From positions 104,267 to 168,266 of the IMG/VR virus record IMGVR_UViG_3300040856_003274: 64,000 bases of DNA; one strand, written 5' to 3'. This stretch comes from a virus. A program made the translations under genes and the position numbers. The number at the start of each line of letters is the position of its first letter. The first letter of the stretch is position 1. This document shows, one piece after another, positions 29,348-40,656 of the stretch. The notes under the pieces were generated by a model. It was not told where the DNA came from, made no database searches, and saw only the letters and a list, made by a program, of their open reading frames with translations.

Positions 29348-31815
29348 TGATGCCTATCTTCAACGGCTCGGTTGAGCTTATCGACCCCTCTAGTTTTGAT
29401 TTTGAAGGGCAGGCTTTCCTCAATCGCGTTGAAGAGGTCAAATCCCAACTCTTCGAGAGCTTCTTAGCGTCCTTGCCTTCAAACTACGTAAGCAAGGCGC
29501 TAGGGCCTAACTATACCCTTCAGTATGAAGTGGTTTTAGATCAAGTTGCTCGCTACCACGTAATATTAGAGGTGTTTTACGGGCAAGCCTTTTATGACAC
29601 CATGTCTTCTGAGACGCTACTCTCAGAGCTGGGTCGTGCGGTGTTTCCTGACCTGAGCAGAGAGCCTTTAACAGTAGAGGGCGATGTCACTTATCGAGAC
29701 TTCCTAAAGAATATGCTTAGGCTCTTATTACAAGGGTCTAAGATTGAGGTCTTAAGAGAAGGTGTCAGCTTGCTGACAGAGGCTCAGGTTGATCTCATAG
29801 AAGGGTATCTAATAAACCCTGTCAGCAGTGAACAGTTTAACCTGCTCTTAGAGGTTCACAAAGACGACTACAGCGCCTTCCCTGAAGACCCTGTAGCCAC
29901 GCAAAACAACATTGGCGTTATTCTCAAAGCTCTAAAGCCTGCACACGTCATTTATGAGTATCGCCACGTCTTCAAAGAAATACTTGAGGGTGTCATAAAG
30001 AGCGAGGAAGACAGCTACGTTTTAGAGTCGTACCATTATGAAGATGCTCGCCACAACTTCCAAGCGTACCGAGAGATTGCAGGCACTTCAGGCTGGTTTG
30101 TGCAGGGTAATGTATTCCGCGCTACGACCTCAGACCTCATCAATGTCGAGCCTAATCTGTCACGACTCTCCGTGGACGGTAGAGAGTATTTGATTACAGA
30201 GGCTTTCTCTTTCATAGACGACTCAACACCCAGGGCATACTCTACAAGTCTGTCAGGGCTTGAGGGGACAGGTGTCTTTAAGGACGGTGTGTTTACGGAC
30301 TCTTCCGCAGACTTTAAGGTGCTCCAAGAGGGTGAGACTTTAGAGATTAAAGAGGGCTTAAACTTAGGAGTTTACGAGATCCATGTCATCGTTGCTAATG
30401 GAGTGCTTGGTAGACATGATCCTAACAAAGCAGGGGCTTACCCTTCTCTCAAAGTAGAGCCCCTTTTTCTTCGACTCCGTGAGCAAGCGACAGGAGTGGT
30501 GTTTGGGGAGAGACACGACTATGAGATTATCCTTAACCCAAACGGACGTGCTCAAACGTATAACCGAATAGAGGATGTCGTAGAGTCATTCTCTAATAAT
30601 ATAATCAGGACAACACTGACTCCCGTTGTTTCCCGCCAAGGAGACTCCGCGCTCGCTAAGCCGAGAGATGTTACCGTGTTGGTTGACGGAGAAGAGGTTG
30701 AGGTTGTACGGCTGAGCCCGTTAGAGGGTAAGATTACGATTGCCTTGGTAGAGCCTCTTTTAGAGGACAGCACTATCGTCGTAGATTATTACTATACCCG
30801 TAAAGCGAGCCAGCGTTATCAAATGAAGACGCTGAACAGCGGTGGGTATAACCTTAATCAAGAAAGGTCGCTCAATAAAGGTTTCAGAGCGCCTGTCCAA
30901 AAGCGCGTAGCTCACAGGTATTTAGGTTTTGAGGGTTTGTATTCAAACACACTAGGCGACCTTACCTTAAACAGCGGCTCTAAGCTCAATCAGTTTAATG
31001 TGGTCAGCAGTGGTGAGTATATTGGAGACATCACCCCTGAGTCTGTAATCTTACAGTCAACGGCTAAAGAATACCTCAGCCTTTACGATGCTGACATGAG
31101 GGCAGAACGCATCTACAGAGTTTTGGTTGACGGTGTACCTCAGATTTTCACGTTTGAAGCGCAGACGCAAAGAGTCTACGTACCTAGCTTTACAGGGTCT
31201 GACTTTACTGCTGAGGTAATCTTCCCTCCTGCCAAACCGATTACCCAAACGTATTTACAAAGCCAGCCCTTAGAGAACAGCCCTCATCTATTAGCGGAGG
31301 GGACACCTCCTTTCGAGATTGTCTCTTCGAGAGGAGGTGTGAAAACTCAAATACCTTCTGAGGGGGAGTCTGACATCTTAACGATAGCAGACGATGAAGG
31401 CTCAGTTTCGGTGTTTAGCCTTGAGTTTTCTTTTACGGAAGAGTCAAAGCGGATTAGACCTCAAGGATCTTCTACAGACGGAGGGCTGTTCATACTAGGT
31501 GGCGGTAGCACGACGGGATATTCGACGTTAAGCTCTGAGTTTGAGAAGAGCCCTGTTTTAGGGCCAGTCGATAGGCTTGCTCAAGACCCCTTCTCGATGA
31601 TTACGTTGCGCTCTGTTGTAGTTAATCAAGACGGGGACGAGACACTCCTCAGGGAGGACTCCGCTCTCAACTTGTCAGAGGAGAGCGCCTTTGGAGAGCT
31701 TGTACAGTTAGGCAGTTATCCTAGACTGAATACTTTTAATGAGTTAAATCTGAACTTCATCCTTCAAGGAGGTAGTCCCCTTGAGGGAGACGTTACGACA
31801 CCTTTGAGCTTGTAG
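29347..31815 (+). CDS. Baseplate wedge protein (tail protein I/gp7-like)
   Basis: TYRDFLKNMLRLLLQGS and ILKALKPAHVIYEY motifs; coupled to baseplate J. Confidence 0.65.
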   Translation: MMPIFNGSVELIDPSSFDFEGQAFLNRVEEVKSQLFESFLASLPSNYVSKALGPNYTLQYEVVLDQVARYHVILEVFYGQAFYDTMSSETLLSELGRAVFPDLSREPLTVEGDVTYRDFLKNMLRLLLQGSKIEVLREGVSLLTEAQVDLIEGYLINPVSSEQFNLLLEVHKDDYSAFPEDPVATQNNIGVILKALKPAHVIYEYRHVFKEILEGVIKSEEDSYVLESYHYEDARHNFQAYREIAGTSGWFVQGNVFRATTSDLINVEPNLSRLSVDGREYLITEAFSFIDDSTPRAYSTSLSGLEGTGVFKDGVFTDSSADFKVLQEGETLEIKEGLNLGVYEIHVIVANGVLGRHDPNKAGAYPSLKVEPLFLRLREQATGVVFGERHDYEIILNPNGRAQTYNRIEDVVESFSNNIIRTTLTPVVSRQGDSALAKPRDVTVLVDGEEVEVVRLSPLEGKITIALVEPLLEDSTIVVDYYYTRKASQRYQMKTLNSGGYNLNQERSLNKGFRAPVQKRVAHRYLGFEGLYSNTLGDLTLNSGSKLNQFNVVSSGEYIGDITPESVILQSTAKEYLSLYDADMRAERIYRVLVDGVPQIFTFEAQTQRVYVPSFTGSDFTAEVIFPPAKPITQTYLQSQPLENSPHLLAEGTPPFEIVSSRGGVKTQIPSEGESDILTIADDEGSVSVFSLEFSFTEESKRIRPQGSSTDGGLFILGGGSTTGYSTLSSEFEKSPVLGPVDRLAQDPFSMITLRSVVVNQDGDETLLREDSALNLSEESAFGELVQLGSYPRLNTFNELNLNFILQGGSPLEGDVTTPLSL

Positions 31816-31870
31816 GAATAAAGCACCTATAAGATTGAGGGTGTAAGAAAACCTTTAGAGGGAGCGATTT

Positions 31871-32500
31871 ATGATTAAGCAAGAGAGCATTAAACGTGGC
31901 AACACGAACCTTTCCATAGGGGCTACATTAGCCGAAAGAGAGACTTTCCAAGCCCCTAGAGGAGACTTTATTTTAGAGCTCCGCGACGTTGAAAGCGGAG
32001 AGCTTCTTGAGCACTTCGAGCGTAAGAACATCATAACTAGAGACGCGGGTGTCCTAGCATCTCTTATGTTCTCTAAGAGAGAGAGCGAGAGAGGCTTATA
32101 TATGCTCTCAATAGGGACAGGGGCGACAGGGGACTTATTAAACCCGACCGCGCCGACAAACACCCAACGTAAGCTCAACAACGAGATTTCAAGAAAGAGC
32201 TTCTCAAGCGTAGTTTACAGAGATAGCAACGGGGCGGTTTCGAGTGTACCGACTAATATTGTAGATTACACTACGACGTTCTCGGAGTCGGAAGCGGTAG
32301 GGCCTCTCAACGAAATGGGAGTTATCAGCCCGATTAGCCTTAACTCTAACATTAAGACACTCAACCCTGACTCTTATCCAAACTACGACACAACCGTAGA
32401 CATTAGAGATTTTGACGTGCTCGTAAACTACCTCACGTTTAGCGTGATCTCTAAACCGAGCACAGCGGTTTTGACCATCACTTGGCGCTTCACGTTTTAA
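31871..32500 (+). CDS. Baseplate/tail-collar (fibre attachment) protein
   Basis: KNIIT...SIGTG...LNNEISRK...TTTFSESEAVGPLNEMG...NYLTFSVISKPSTAVLTITWRFTF pattern. Confidence 0.7.
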   Translation: MIKQESIKRGNTNLSIGATLAERETFQAPRGDFILELRDVESGELLEHFERKNIITRDAGVLASLMFSKRESERGLYMLSIGTGATGDLLNPTAPTNTQRKLNNEISRKSFSSVVYRDSNGAVSSVPTNIVDYTTTFSESEAVGPLNEMGVISPISLNSNIKTLNPDSYPNYDTTVDIRDFDVLVNYLTFSVISKPSTAVLTITWRFTF

Positions 32501-32519
32501 GAGGTAAAGGGCAAATAGC

Positions 32520-35500
32520 ATGAGTAAGTATTTACAAAACACCTCAGTATCTCGCGATTTGAGTGCTCAGGACACGTCGTGGATTAGCGTTGTCTATCAA
32601 TCAGGAAAGCCTGTTTTAGACTCAGAGCTAAACTTGCAACAAGAGCTTAAGAGCCAGCAAGGGGAGTTTAGCAAGTCAGGTTTCTTACTAAACCGTTCTG
32701 ACATGAACCCTTTGCGCGACTTTACGTTTAACCCTCCGAGATTAAACGGGAGCGCAGACGGTGCTCCGACATACGTTAATAGCTTCGCGATGCGTAACCT
32801 AGATGCGGTTGTAGCAGGGATGCAACTTCGCGTAGCAGACACGGCTTCTACTGACGGGGAGAACCTCATCGAGTTAGAAGATGCTAGTGTTGGAGGGGGT
32901 GGTATTAAGCGAAGTGATTTTGTATTCTTAGAGGTTTGGAAAGCACAGGTAGAGCCAGGGATTAAAGCTAGAGGCTTCATTGACTTCCTTGACGTAAACT
33001 TAATTAATGACGGTGACCGCATTAGAATAGGGTTCGATAACTATACCGCACGATCAACCGCTACAGGTGTAGCAGGGGAGTTTGAGATAGGTTCTAATGT
33101 TGGGGTAGCCGCAGGTAACTTTGCAAATGAGGTGACAGGGCTCACAGGTTACACGGCGACCGCAGTCGGAGGTAGGGTAACCCTCATCGCCAATGAAGCA
33201 GGCACTCTTTATAATAACTACGGGTTGGCATCTACTGTTGACCCCGCAGGAGTCTCTGTTTCCGACGCTACTTTGAGCGGAGGTGAGGATGGTACTAACA
33301 AGCCAAGTCCTGACTCTGTGTATCGCTACGGTAATGTTGAGGTAGACTCTAGTCTTTATCTTACAGACGATATCGCTGATGAGAATGTAGGCGTACAGTC
33401 TACTCAAAGAATACAGGCACAGTACCGTATTCGAGTGACAGGGGAGGCGGAAGCACTCAACTATAAAACTAATCCTGACGGCTTTTCTTCAGCTCAACTT
33501 TTTGCTAGAGGCGTAAATGACGAAGCGGTTGCCGATTATCCTTTTGTACCAGCGGATAGGGCGACTTCTAATCTTAACTCAGATGCCTCTGCCTATCCTC
33601 ACATCGACAGCGGGCTCTATATTGCAGGAGACGGTAGTGAAAACTCTGCCAACGCGCTCGGTACAGTGGACGGCTTTGTATATGCGATACCCATCGGCTG
33701 GGTGTATCGCCGTAATAATAGCCCTACGGGTTTTGACCCTTACAATGATACCAACGGAGCACTCCGTTGGCAGCATACGGGTTTCATTAATCCGATTGTG
33801 GGGACGATACCTCGGAGACGGTCAGACAGACCCGACAACAAGTTTTATGACATAATAGAAGAGACAGATTTCTTAGACTGCCGAAAGCACGTCCTTAAGG
33901 ATTTAGACTCCAAGGTCTTAATAAGACAGAACGCCCACCTCTTAATGGAAGGAGAGCTCTCTTCTTGGGTTATGGACGCAGGCGAGAAAAACCTTCTCGG
34001 TAACGGTACGGGGGATTACTCCTCCGAGATGCTCGTCTGTAATCAAATAGGGCGCGACAATACTTTAGGTGGTCAAGGCGATCTTAATGGCGCGGGGCCG
34101 ATTATAAGAAACTTCGACCATATTAGCCGAAGGTTCTCAGACGCGCCCGTGATTGAGCGTTGTGTGTTTGAGTTTACTCCAGGCGACAGAGCAAACGCGG
34201 TAGACTTTGCGACTGTTCAGTTGGCTCTCTTAGATAAAGGCGAGCTACCTGAGCATAGCCCTCGTATCAACGCAGGTAAATACGTTAATAAAGCCACCTA
34301 TGGCGCTGGCGTTGAAAGTGTCTTTTGGTACGACGGAGATCAGCTAGTCCTAGATTTAGACGAGCTAGATTGCTCTTCGATTTCAGATTGGACAGGCGGT
34401 CAAAACAAGCCGTTTAATCAGCTTGCTCCAAACAGTGTTAAGATTACGGGTGTCGTTGGTGTCCAACATAATGAAGGACGCACAGGCACATCCATAGACA
34501 CTAGTGCTTACGTCAAGAATATAGAAGGGATCGGCACACAAAAGGTCACTATAACATTAGGGTCTAACTTCAAGGACGTAAATGCAGGTGGTCGATACGC
34601 AGACGGTTCTCTCAAAGCCGCTTACAAACTTGTCGGTGGATTAGACAACGGGGGTAATCCTGCCGATATTGGTAGCGATATGCGTATCTTCGTTGAGTTA
34701 GAGATCAGCTACCCTCAAGGCTATGGACTAACTGATACCCCTCACCGCCTATTAGAGATCGGCGCATTTAGGAGAAGTAATAGTGATGAGGTATACCGTG
34801 GTCTAAAAGACCCTTCTGACGTTTACACTACCGTACCTTTTCTTGAATACGATCCGACCGAACGACCGAGCGACAGTCGAGGGATTGCTCGCCTTGGTTT
34901 AAGAGAAGGCTTTAGGGAGGTTATGGTTAATCAAGTTGGCGGTCGAATAGACTCTAATGGAGACTTGGTAAGATACCGTGAAAAGGTTGTTCCTAGCTAC
35001 GACCCTGTAACTAAAGTCTATACCATCAAAACTTCGCGGAGAGTGTTCTTCCATGCAGACAATTATTACGCGGCGGCTATTCTCTTTACGCCTATTGTGA
35101 GCCCTGACGAGGACGCATCAAGCCGTTATTTAGTGACTTTTGATGAGGACTACGGGGGATCAGAGAGGGAGATCAGGTTCATTTACCAGAACTTCCCTGA
35201 TTATTTTTTATCTCGCTCCCTATTTATCCATTACTATTCTTTAGACCCTGTGCCTAATGCTGGGGCTAACGGTTATCAAATCCTGTTCTACTACGGGTCT
35301 AAATCACCTCAAACTTTCGGAGCAAAAGGTGGCTCTATCTTAGAGAGCGGGGGCGGGGCTTTACCCCCTAATGTTTCGCTCACGGTGCTAGATTACGAAG
35401 ACGGCTTGTGGTGCAACACTACAGGTAAGGGAAGCATGGGATTGCCTTCGCCATACCCTAACCCGTTCGACCTTATTCCTATCCGAGACAGCATCTCCGC

Positions 35501-36017
35501 CCCAGTTTTCTACGGAGATTGGCAGTTTGATGGAGACACGCTTATTAGCACTCCAATGGGAGCTTTTGACCTAGGCTTAGTCAAACTACCTCTAGTGAGC
35601 CCCCCTGTCTTTAAAACGGGATACGACTACTCTGAGCGGTACAACCAAAAGCAGTTTCTTATCGAGCTCAACGACCCTCTAACAGACGCTGAGGGTCGGG
35701 TCTATTATGACAACATCTCGATTATCGGAAGAAACCGCTTTGCGGATACTCTCAGGTACTCACTGTTTACGAGCGCGATGCCTCTCACAAAGTACACACC
35801 GCATAGGAATGTGCTTTTCGCCCTCGTAACTCCTAATGAAAACCATGAGTTTATTAAAGCGGGTGAGCTATTCCTTTTGGTTTTATGTCAATGGGGAGAA
35901 GCTATTGAGAACAAGGTGCAGTATCCGCTCGACCCTAGCGACGACAGCAACCGTGTTTCCGCGTCTTTGTATAGAATTCAAGGGTGTCCGATCATTGAGA
36001 AGAGAGAGGTAAACTAA
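32520..36017 (+). CDS. Large baseplate/fibre protein, paralog A
   Basis: N-terminal VVYQSGKPVLDSELN, DFVFLEVW, YRYGNVE, QYRIRV, LGTVDGFVYAIP, RPDNKFYD blocks shared with 41406-46805. Confidence 0.65.
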   Translation: MSKYLQNTSVSRDLSAQDTSWISVVYQSGKPVLDSELNLQQELKSQQGEFSKSGFLLNRSDMNPLRDFTFNPPRLNGSADGAPTYVNSFAMRNLDAVVAGMQLRVADTASTDGENLIELEDASVGGGGIKRSDFVFLEVWKAQVEPGIKARGFIDFLDVNLINDGDRIRIGFDNYTARSTATGVAGEFEIGSNVGVAAGNFANEVTGLTGYTATAVGGRVTLIANEAGTLYNNYGLASTVDPAGVSVSDATLSGGEDGTNKPSPDSVYRYGNVEVDSSLYLTDDIADENVGVQSTQRIQAQYRIRVTGEAEALNYKTNPDGFSSAQLFARGVNDEAVADYPFVPADRATSNLNSDASAYPHIDSGLYIAGDGSENSANALGTVDGFVYAIPIGWVYRRNNSPTGFDPYNDTNGALRWQHTGFINPIVGTIPRRRSDRPDNKFYDIIEETDFLDCRKHVLKDLDSKVLIRQNAHLLMEGELSSWVMDAGEKNLLGNGTGDYSSEMLVCNQIGRDNTLGGQGDLNGAGPIIRNFDHISRRFSDAPVIERCVFEFTPGDRANAVDFATVQLALLDKGELPEHSPRINAGKYVNKATYGAGVESVFWYDGDQLVLDLDELDCSSISDWTGGQNKPFNQLAPNSVKITGVVGVQHNEGRTGTSIDTSAYVKNIEGIGTQKVTITLGSNFKDVNAGGRYADGSLKAAYKLVGGLDNGGNPADIGSDMRIFVELEISYPQGYGLTDTPHRLLEIGAFRRSNSDEVYRGLKDPSDVYTTVPFLEYDPTERPSDSRGIARLGLREGFREVMVNQVGGRIDSNGDLVRYREKVVPSYDPVTKVYTIKTSRRVFFHADNYYAAAILFTPIVSPDEDASSRYLVTFDEDYGGSEREIRFIYQNFPDYFLSRSLFIHYYSLDPVPNAGANGYQILFYYGSKSPQTFGAKGGSILESGGGALPPNVSLTVLDYEDGLWCNTTGKGSMGLPSPYPNPFDLIPIRDSISAPVFYGDWQFDGDTLISTPMGAFDLGLVKLPLVSPPVFKTGYDYSERYNQKQFLIELNDPLTDAEGRVYYDNISIIGRNRFADTLRYSLFTSAMPLTKYTPHRNVLFALVTPNENHEFIKAGELFLLVLCQWGEAIENKVQYPLDPSDDSNRVSASLYRIQGCPIIEKREVN

Positions 36018-36018
36018 A

Positions 36019-39000
36019 ATGGCTAAGAACTCTAACGGTGTAACCATTACAGAGAGCGTCCCTGCGAGCAGAGCGCCTAATCTTGGTCTTAACCTGCACC
36101 TTTCTGATAGCAGGGCTCACGACGCTTTAGAGATTATCTTTAACGGCACAGGCACTGTGGCTGAGACATTAGAGCAGATCATTAGAGACTTATATAATGT
36201 GCCTGAAGGCATTGGTTCTTCAGATCAGACTCTCCAGCCCGATTGGGGTGCTCTCAAAGCTGGCGCAGTAGAGTCTAATCAGTATGATTACAACAGCGCG
36301 TTGTTCACAGATCGCTTACATTACACAGACAGCCTTTTAGGTCTTACGACAAAGACAGGCATTCCTGCGGATAATAACTTTCTTGAAGCGATTTACCCTC
36401 GGTATGATATATCCCCTACAGCGGTAGACTCAGGGACGACGGACGCTAACTTTAACCTTAGCGACGGGTCTTACACTGGCGGTGGAGGTGGAGAGGGGCT
36501 TGAAGGCGCTTATCGTATAACAGGTGGTACAGATAACCTGAAGACAAGTGGCATCTACCCTAACAGCCTCTCGCACGCAGTTATCTCAGGCACAGTGCTC
36601 CCCGCAGATAAAGGTGTTTTGGCACTTGTGTCTTTCTTTATCGCCCCGAATGCAGATGACCAAAAGTATTCCCTTGTGCTCCCCCCTAACCTAGAAGAAA
36701 GATGCGTCTCTGCAATCTTACTAGGTGGAGGCATTGCTACGGGAGACGACGGTGAGACAGGAGACAACCTCTTCAAGAGCGGAGAGGGCTTCCCAGGCAC
36801 TAAGTCAGGGCAGTATGACCTTTCCGAAATCCATAACGGAGTTGATAGGCTCACGTCTGATGCGATTGAGGGTGGGGCTAATGAATATGCAGGTCTTGTA
36901 AGATTATTTGCTGACCCACGAAGCTCTGACGTAGAGAGCCCGATCCCCATTTTAGGGGCTACTTCTGTGGCTTTTGGTGGTGGAGACGATAACAACTTCT
37001 TCCGATACCGACTCCCTATGCTCAAAGACTATGAGGGGCTCTCTGACACTCCCACGGATCACAAAGACCGTTTCTTTGATAAGCCCGCGCTTTCACTAGA
37101 TAGCGGTGTAAACTTCACGTTTGCAGGTGGCTACTCTAACTTTGCAGACCAAGACCCACTCTATACTCAGTTAGCGAAGTTTAGACACCGCTTTGAGGTA
37201 AGCTCAGATACTGTCTATGTACTCTTCCACTTCCGAACCGAGAGGGCTTTTGAGAGTCTCGTCAGAGATGGTAACATGCCAACGTCTTCTGACTTGTACG
37301 GGGTATACACGGGAGTATCGAGTGGGAGCTTCGAGGCCACCTTGCCTTCTAGTAGACCTTTTGCGCTCCCCCTCGCAAAAGACGTGAAGAAACTCTCTAG
37401 CACACTCCCTAATACGGTTAATCAGGATATGGGCTATATCTTAAAGCCCGTTGAGAGAGCGAACTCCGCAAGCATTTTGCCTCTTATCGCCACCTACGGA
37501 AATGAGACATATTACTCTTTTTGGGCGCAAGACGGGCAGGCTAATGTTATGTCCTTATCGGGCGCGAAATACATCGTAAGCTCATCAAGATTACACCCTA
37601 ACGACATCACAGGTGGCGCGGGAGACTCTGAGTTTAAAGACTACGGCAACCTCTCTTTAGTCATCGAAGGCTCGCTTAACGAGACTTCCTTCTACAACTT
37701 TACCTTTTACGACACCGTTAAGACGGATTGGTTGAACAGCCGAGGTCAAAGCCCAGGTTTCTTCTCGACAGGAGCTTTCGGACTGCTCGGTATAAACAAC
37801 ACACCTAAGCGCGTAAGCGACCTTGTTAGCGCCACTGAAACGGTTGACCTGCCTAGCTCTTTCGACGGTAGTCAAATAGGCGTTTTTAAAGGTGACGGTG
37901 AAGCACACGGCTCACACCTCATTGTGGAGCAAGGCTCTCTCCTTAGCCATACTGCGGAGCCCACGGATGTAAACACGACATTCACAAACTATAAGCATCT
38001 TTACCTGTCTTCTGATGGTGGTGCGCCTGTAATTTCTTCAGACGCTAAGGTTAAGATAGGTATCCACAGGCATGGGGATAACGTGAGAGTCGGTGAGGAC
38101 ACTGCGATTGACTTAATAGAGCTCAGCCACTCTGACTTACCCTCTTTCACGGTAAGTCAGAGTTTGGTGTTTTCAGGCAAGTTTAAGATCAACTCTGAGA
38201 TCGACCCAGCGGCGATCAACTACGACGTTGACACTCATTACGGCAACTTTGTTGTAGGGTTGACGAGTAGCAGTCGCGTGGCTGATTATACTAAACCTAT
38301 GCTGAGGACTAACATTAGCCCGATAGCTGAAGAAGAGGTTTACACTCTAGGAGCGCCGTTACCTTCGCTCTTCAGCGCGGAAAAGGACTCCGAGGAGCGT
38401 TTTCTTGATGAAACTTACCGCTTACAGTCGAGCCTCGCTAATGATTACGGAGTACAACAAGGTTACCAGACCCTACCTTTCTTCCTAGCAATAGGACAAG
38501 ACCTCGCTGAGAGGCAATCAAGCCTTAACAGCTACGCGATGTCCTTTAATGCGCTAACAGAGGAAGACCCTACTTTTGGTAGGAAACCGTTCTACTTGCC
38601 TGTGCGCCCCTTCTATTACCCTGCTGACAGCGAAGACCCTTACTCAACGTATGAGTTACTAGGGTTAAGCTACCTTCTCTCTCAAGGTTCTTTTGAGTTC
38701 AAACGTCCTGATGCGTACCCTCCTGTCTCATATGTGACTCCAGGCATATTAGACCGTGTAAAAGTCACTTTAACATACACTGATGCTAAGCGGTTAGACC
38801 CGTTCTACATCCACCTTGGGTATGACTTAGATATTACAGCAAATAGGTTAGACTCGGCAGGTAGGGTTGTTGAGGCTTACGGTGAGCTAAACGGGGTAGA
38901 GAGTAGTACAAACCACGCTACTGAAGACGGGTCGAACAAGTACATGGGGCGAATGTTTAAGAGCTTCTTAGACGCGTTTAATGGCTATTTAGCGGTTAGC

Positions 39001-40644
39001 CATAGTAGCTTTGAGGTGTCATATCCCTCAGGGTACGAGACTTCAGTGCCAGGTGATTATCTCTATCAAAAGTTTCAAACGGCACTAAGACCTATTCTAA
39101 ATGGGGGCTCGCATCACCCTGCTTCTGCAACTGTGAGTCACTATTTCGGCGCGACCTTTGAGTATCAAAGACGTATAGACAATGACCCTTTCGCAGATGC
39201 TCAAGCAGAAGGGATTGCTTTCTTTATAGCCGATGCTATCGCGCCAGGGGACTCAATGACTATAAAGTTTGGGCCAGGTGTGCTTTCGATACAGGCGGTA
39301 GCGGGGGCTCCTAACAGGGCAATAGGGGAGTTTCAGACGCATGGTGCAAACATTGAGCTGACGGCATTAGATGTAGTTGAAACCTTAGAGGTTTTGATCA
39401 CATTAAACTCCTACCCCTTAGAAGCTGTGAGAGGAACAGACTTTAAATTTAACTCCCTTTCTGTAGTAGCTCTTACCTCAACAGATCCTAGCGTTAAATT
39501 TCTTGTGAGTGTTGCAGGCACGCTTGTATTGGGAACGGGTAACTTTACAGATTACATTGCAGGTACTCCTAAAACTATCTACCACTTCGGCACTTATGCC
39601 GAAGCCGACTCTACGACTGCCTCGGTCACCAACCCTTCTTTTGCTTGGAAGAAAGATTGGACTCAAGCAGACCACGACTTAGCGGCTGGGACGACAGGCA
39701 TTGAGGTAGGTTACACCACTCCGCGCACTCAGTTGGTAGACTTTGCAGGGTCTATGGGTATTAACTTTATGTCTCGCATAGGTTTCTTAGCCAACGACTC
39801 CCACGTCGAGTTACCTTCTGACGAGCTTCAGGTTGCAGGATTACCTAACCTAAACCCGCACTCAACAGATATGGCGTGCGATCCGACTCTCCAAAGAGGT
39901 CGATTGATATACCCCACAGAAGACCTGTCGAGTGCTCGACCTATCCAAGGATTTGATTACCACAATGATCTCGGAGCTCAGCCTGATTACAGCAGTCGGA
40001 CAGGGCTCCATTCTTATGTGAGAGCTTTTGATGTCGGGTTTACCAACACCGTTGATTGGATAGATTACACCACACAGCAGACCTCAGATTACAGTCCGAC
40101 GTTTGCTCAGTGGTACATTGATAACATTAATGCCTCTGCTACCCTCGCAGACATTCCTAATGTTACGAGCCAGTTACCTCAAGAGCGCATCTTTAGGGTT
40201 TACGGTATCAGTTTAGCTGAGTTACCCGATTACGGGATTTTCTTCAAAGTCCCAGGTCAGACCGCGTGGTTGGACGCTACTTCCACTTTTACGGTCACCT
40301 CTGACAGTGATTTAATGTTTAATTTTATTAAGGATGCGAGCACTCAAAACGGTACAGCTTGTCTTGTTGACTCCGCAGAAGGAATAGAGGTCTTAGACCG
40401 CACCAACTTCCCTGTTAAGTATGTCGATCTTAAAGTGCTCTTACCTGGGCTCTTTATTAATCCTTACATCTTAAGAAGAGTTGGCGCTAAGATTAACTTT
40501 TGGGGAGAGACTCCTGTCCTAATGAAGATCGAGATTGACGAAAGCTCAAAAGCAACAAGTTATGTATTTGAGCAGACGACTTCATCAGTGCTCGACAACG
40601 TTGGTATCGTCGGTGTTAAAGTTTTGAATAAAACTACACTCTAA
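36019..40644 (+). CDS. Large virion structural protein (1541 aa; baseplate/fibre region)
   Basis: Long acidic G/S/T/D-rich ORF within the structural operon; no catalytic motif recognised. Confidence 0.6.
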   Translation: MAKNSNGVTITESVPASRAPNLGLNLHLSDSRAHDALEIIFNGTGTVAETLEQIIRDLYNVPEGIGSSDQTLQPDWGALKAGAVESNQYDYNSALFTDRLHYTDSLLGLTTKTGIPADNNFLEAIYPRYDISPTAVDSGTTDANFNLSDGSYTGGGGGEGLEGAYRITGGTDNLKTSGIYPNSLSHAVISGTVLPADKGVLALVSFFIAPNADDQKYSLVLPPNLEERCVSAILLGGGIATGDDGETGDNLFKSGEGFPGTKSGQYDLSEIHNGVDRLTSDAIEGGANEYAGLVRLFADPRSSDVESPIPILGATSVAFGGGDDNNFFRYRLPMLKDYEGLSDTPTDHKDRFFDKPALSLDSGVNFTFAGGYSNFADQDPLYTQLAKFRHRFEVSSDTVYVLFHFRTERAFESLVRDGNMPTSSDLYGVYTGVSSGSFEATLPSSRPFALPLAKDVKKLSSTLPNTVNQDMGYILKPVERANSASILPLIATYGNETYYSFWAQDGQANVMSLSGAKYIVSSSRLHPNDITGGAGDSEFKDYGNLSLVIEGSLNETSFYNFTFYDTVKTDWLNSRGQSPGFFSTGAFGLLGINNTPKRVSDLVSATETVDLPSSFDGSQIGVFKGDGEAHGSHLIVEQGSLLSHTAEPTDVNTTFTNYKHLYLSSDGGAPVISSDAKVKIGIHRHGDNVRVGEDTAIDLIELSHSDLPSFTVSQSLVFSGKFKINSEIDPAAINYDVDTHYGNFVVGLTSSSRVADYTKPMLRTNISPIAEEEVYTLGAPLPSLFSAEKDSEERFLDETYRLQSSLANDYGVQQGYQTLPFFLAIGQDLAERQSSLNSYAMSFNALTEEDPTFGRKPFYLPVRPFYYPADSEDPYSTYELLGLSYLLSQGSFEFKRPDAYPPVSYVTPGILDRVKVTLTYTDAKRLDPFYIHLGYDLDITANRLDSAGRVVEAYGELNGVESSTNHATEDGSNKYMGRMFKSFLDAFNGYLAVSHSSFEVSYPSGYETSVPGDYLYQKFQTALRPILNGGSHHPASATVSHYFGATFEYQRRIDNDPFADAQAEGIAFFIADAIAPGDSMTIKFGPGVLSIQAVAGAPNRAIGEFQTHGANIELTALDVVETLEVLITLNSYPLEAVRGTDFKFNSLSVVALTSTDPSVKFLVSVAGTLVLGTGNFTDYIAGTPKTIYHFGTYAEADSTTASVTNPSFAWKKDWTQADHDLAAGTTGIEVGYTTPRTQLVDFAGSMGINFMSRIGFLANDSHVELPSDELQVAGLPNLNPHSTDMACDPTLQRGRLIYPTEDLSSARPIQGFDYHNDLGAQPDYSSRTGLHSYVRAFDVGFTNTVDWIDYTTQQTSDYSPTFAQWYIDNINASATLADIPNVTSQLPQERIFRVYGISLAELPDYGIFFKVPGQTAWLDATSTFTVTSDSDLMFNFIKDASTQNGTACLVDSAEGIEVLDRTNFPVKYVDLKVLLPGLFINPYILRRVGAKINFWGETPVLMKIEIDESSKATSYVFEQTTSSVLDNVGIVGVKVLNKTTL

Positions 40645-40656
40645 GGAGAGTTTAAT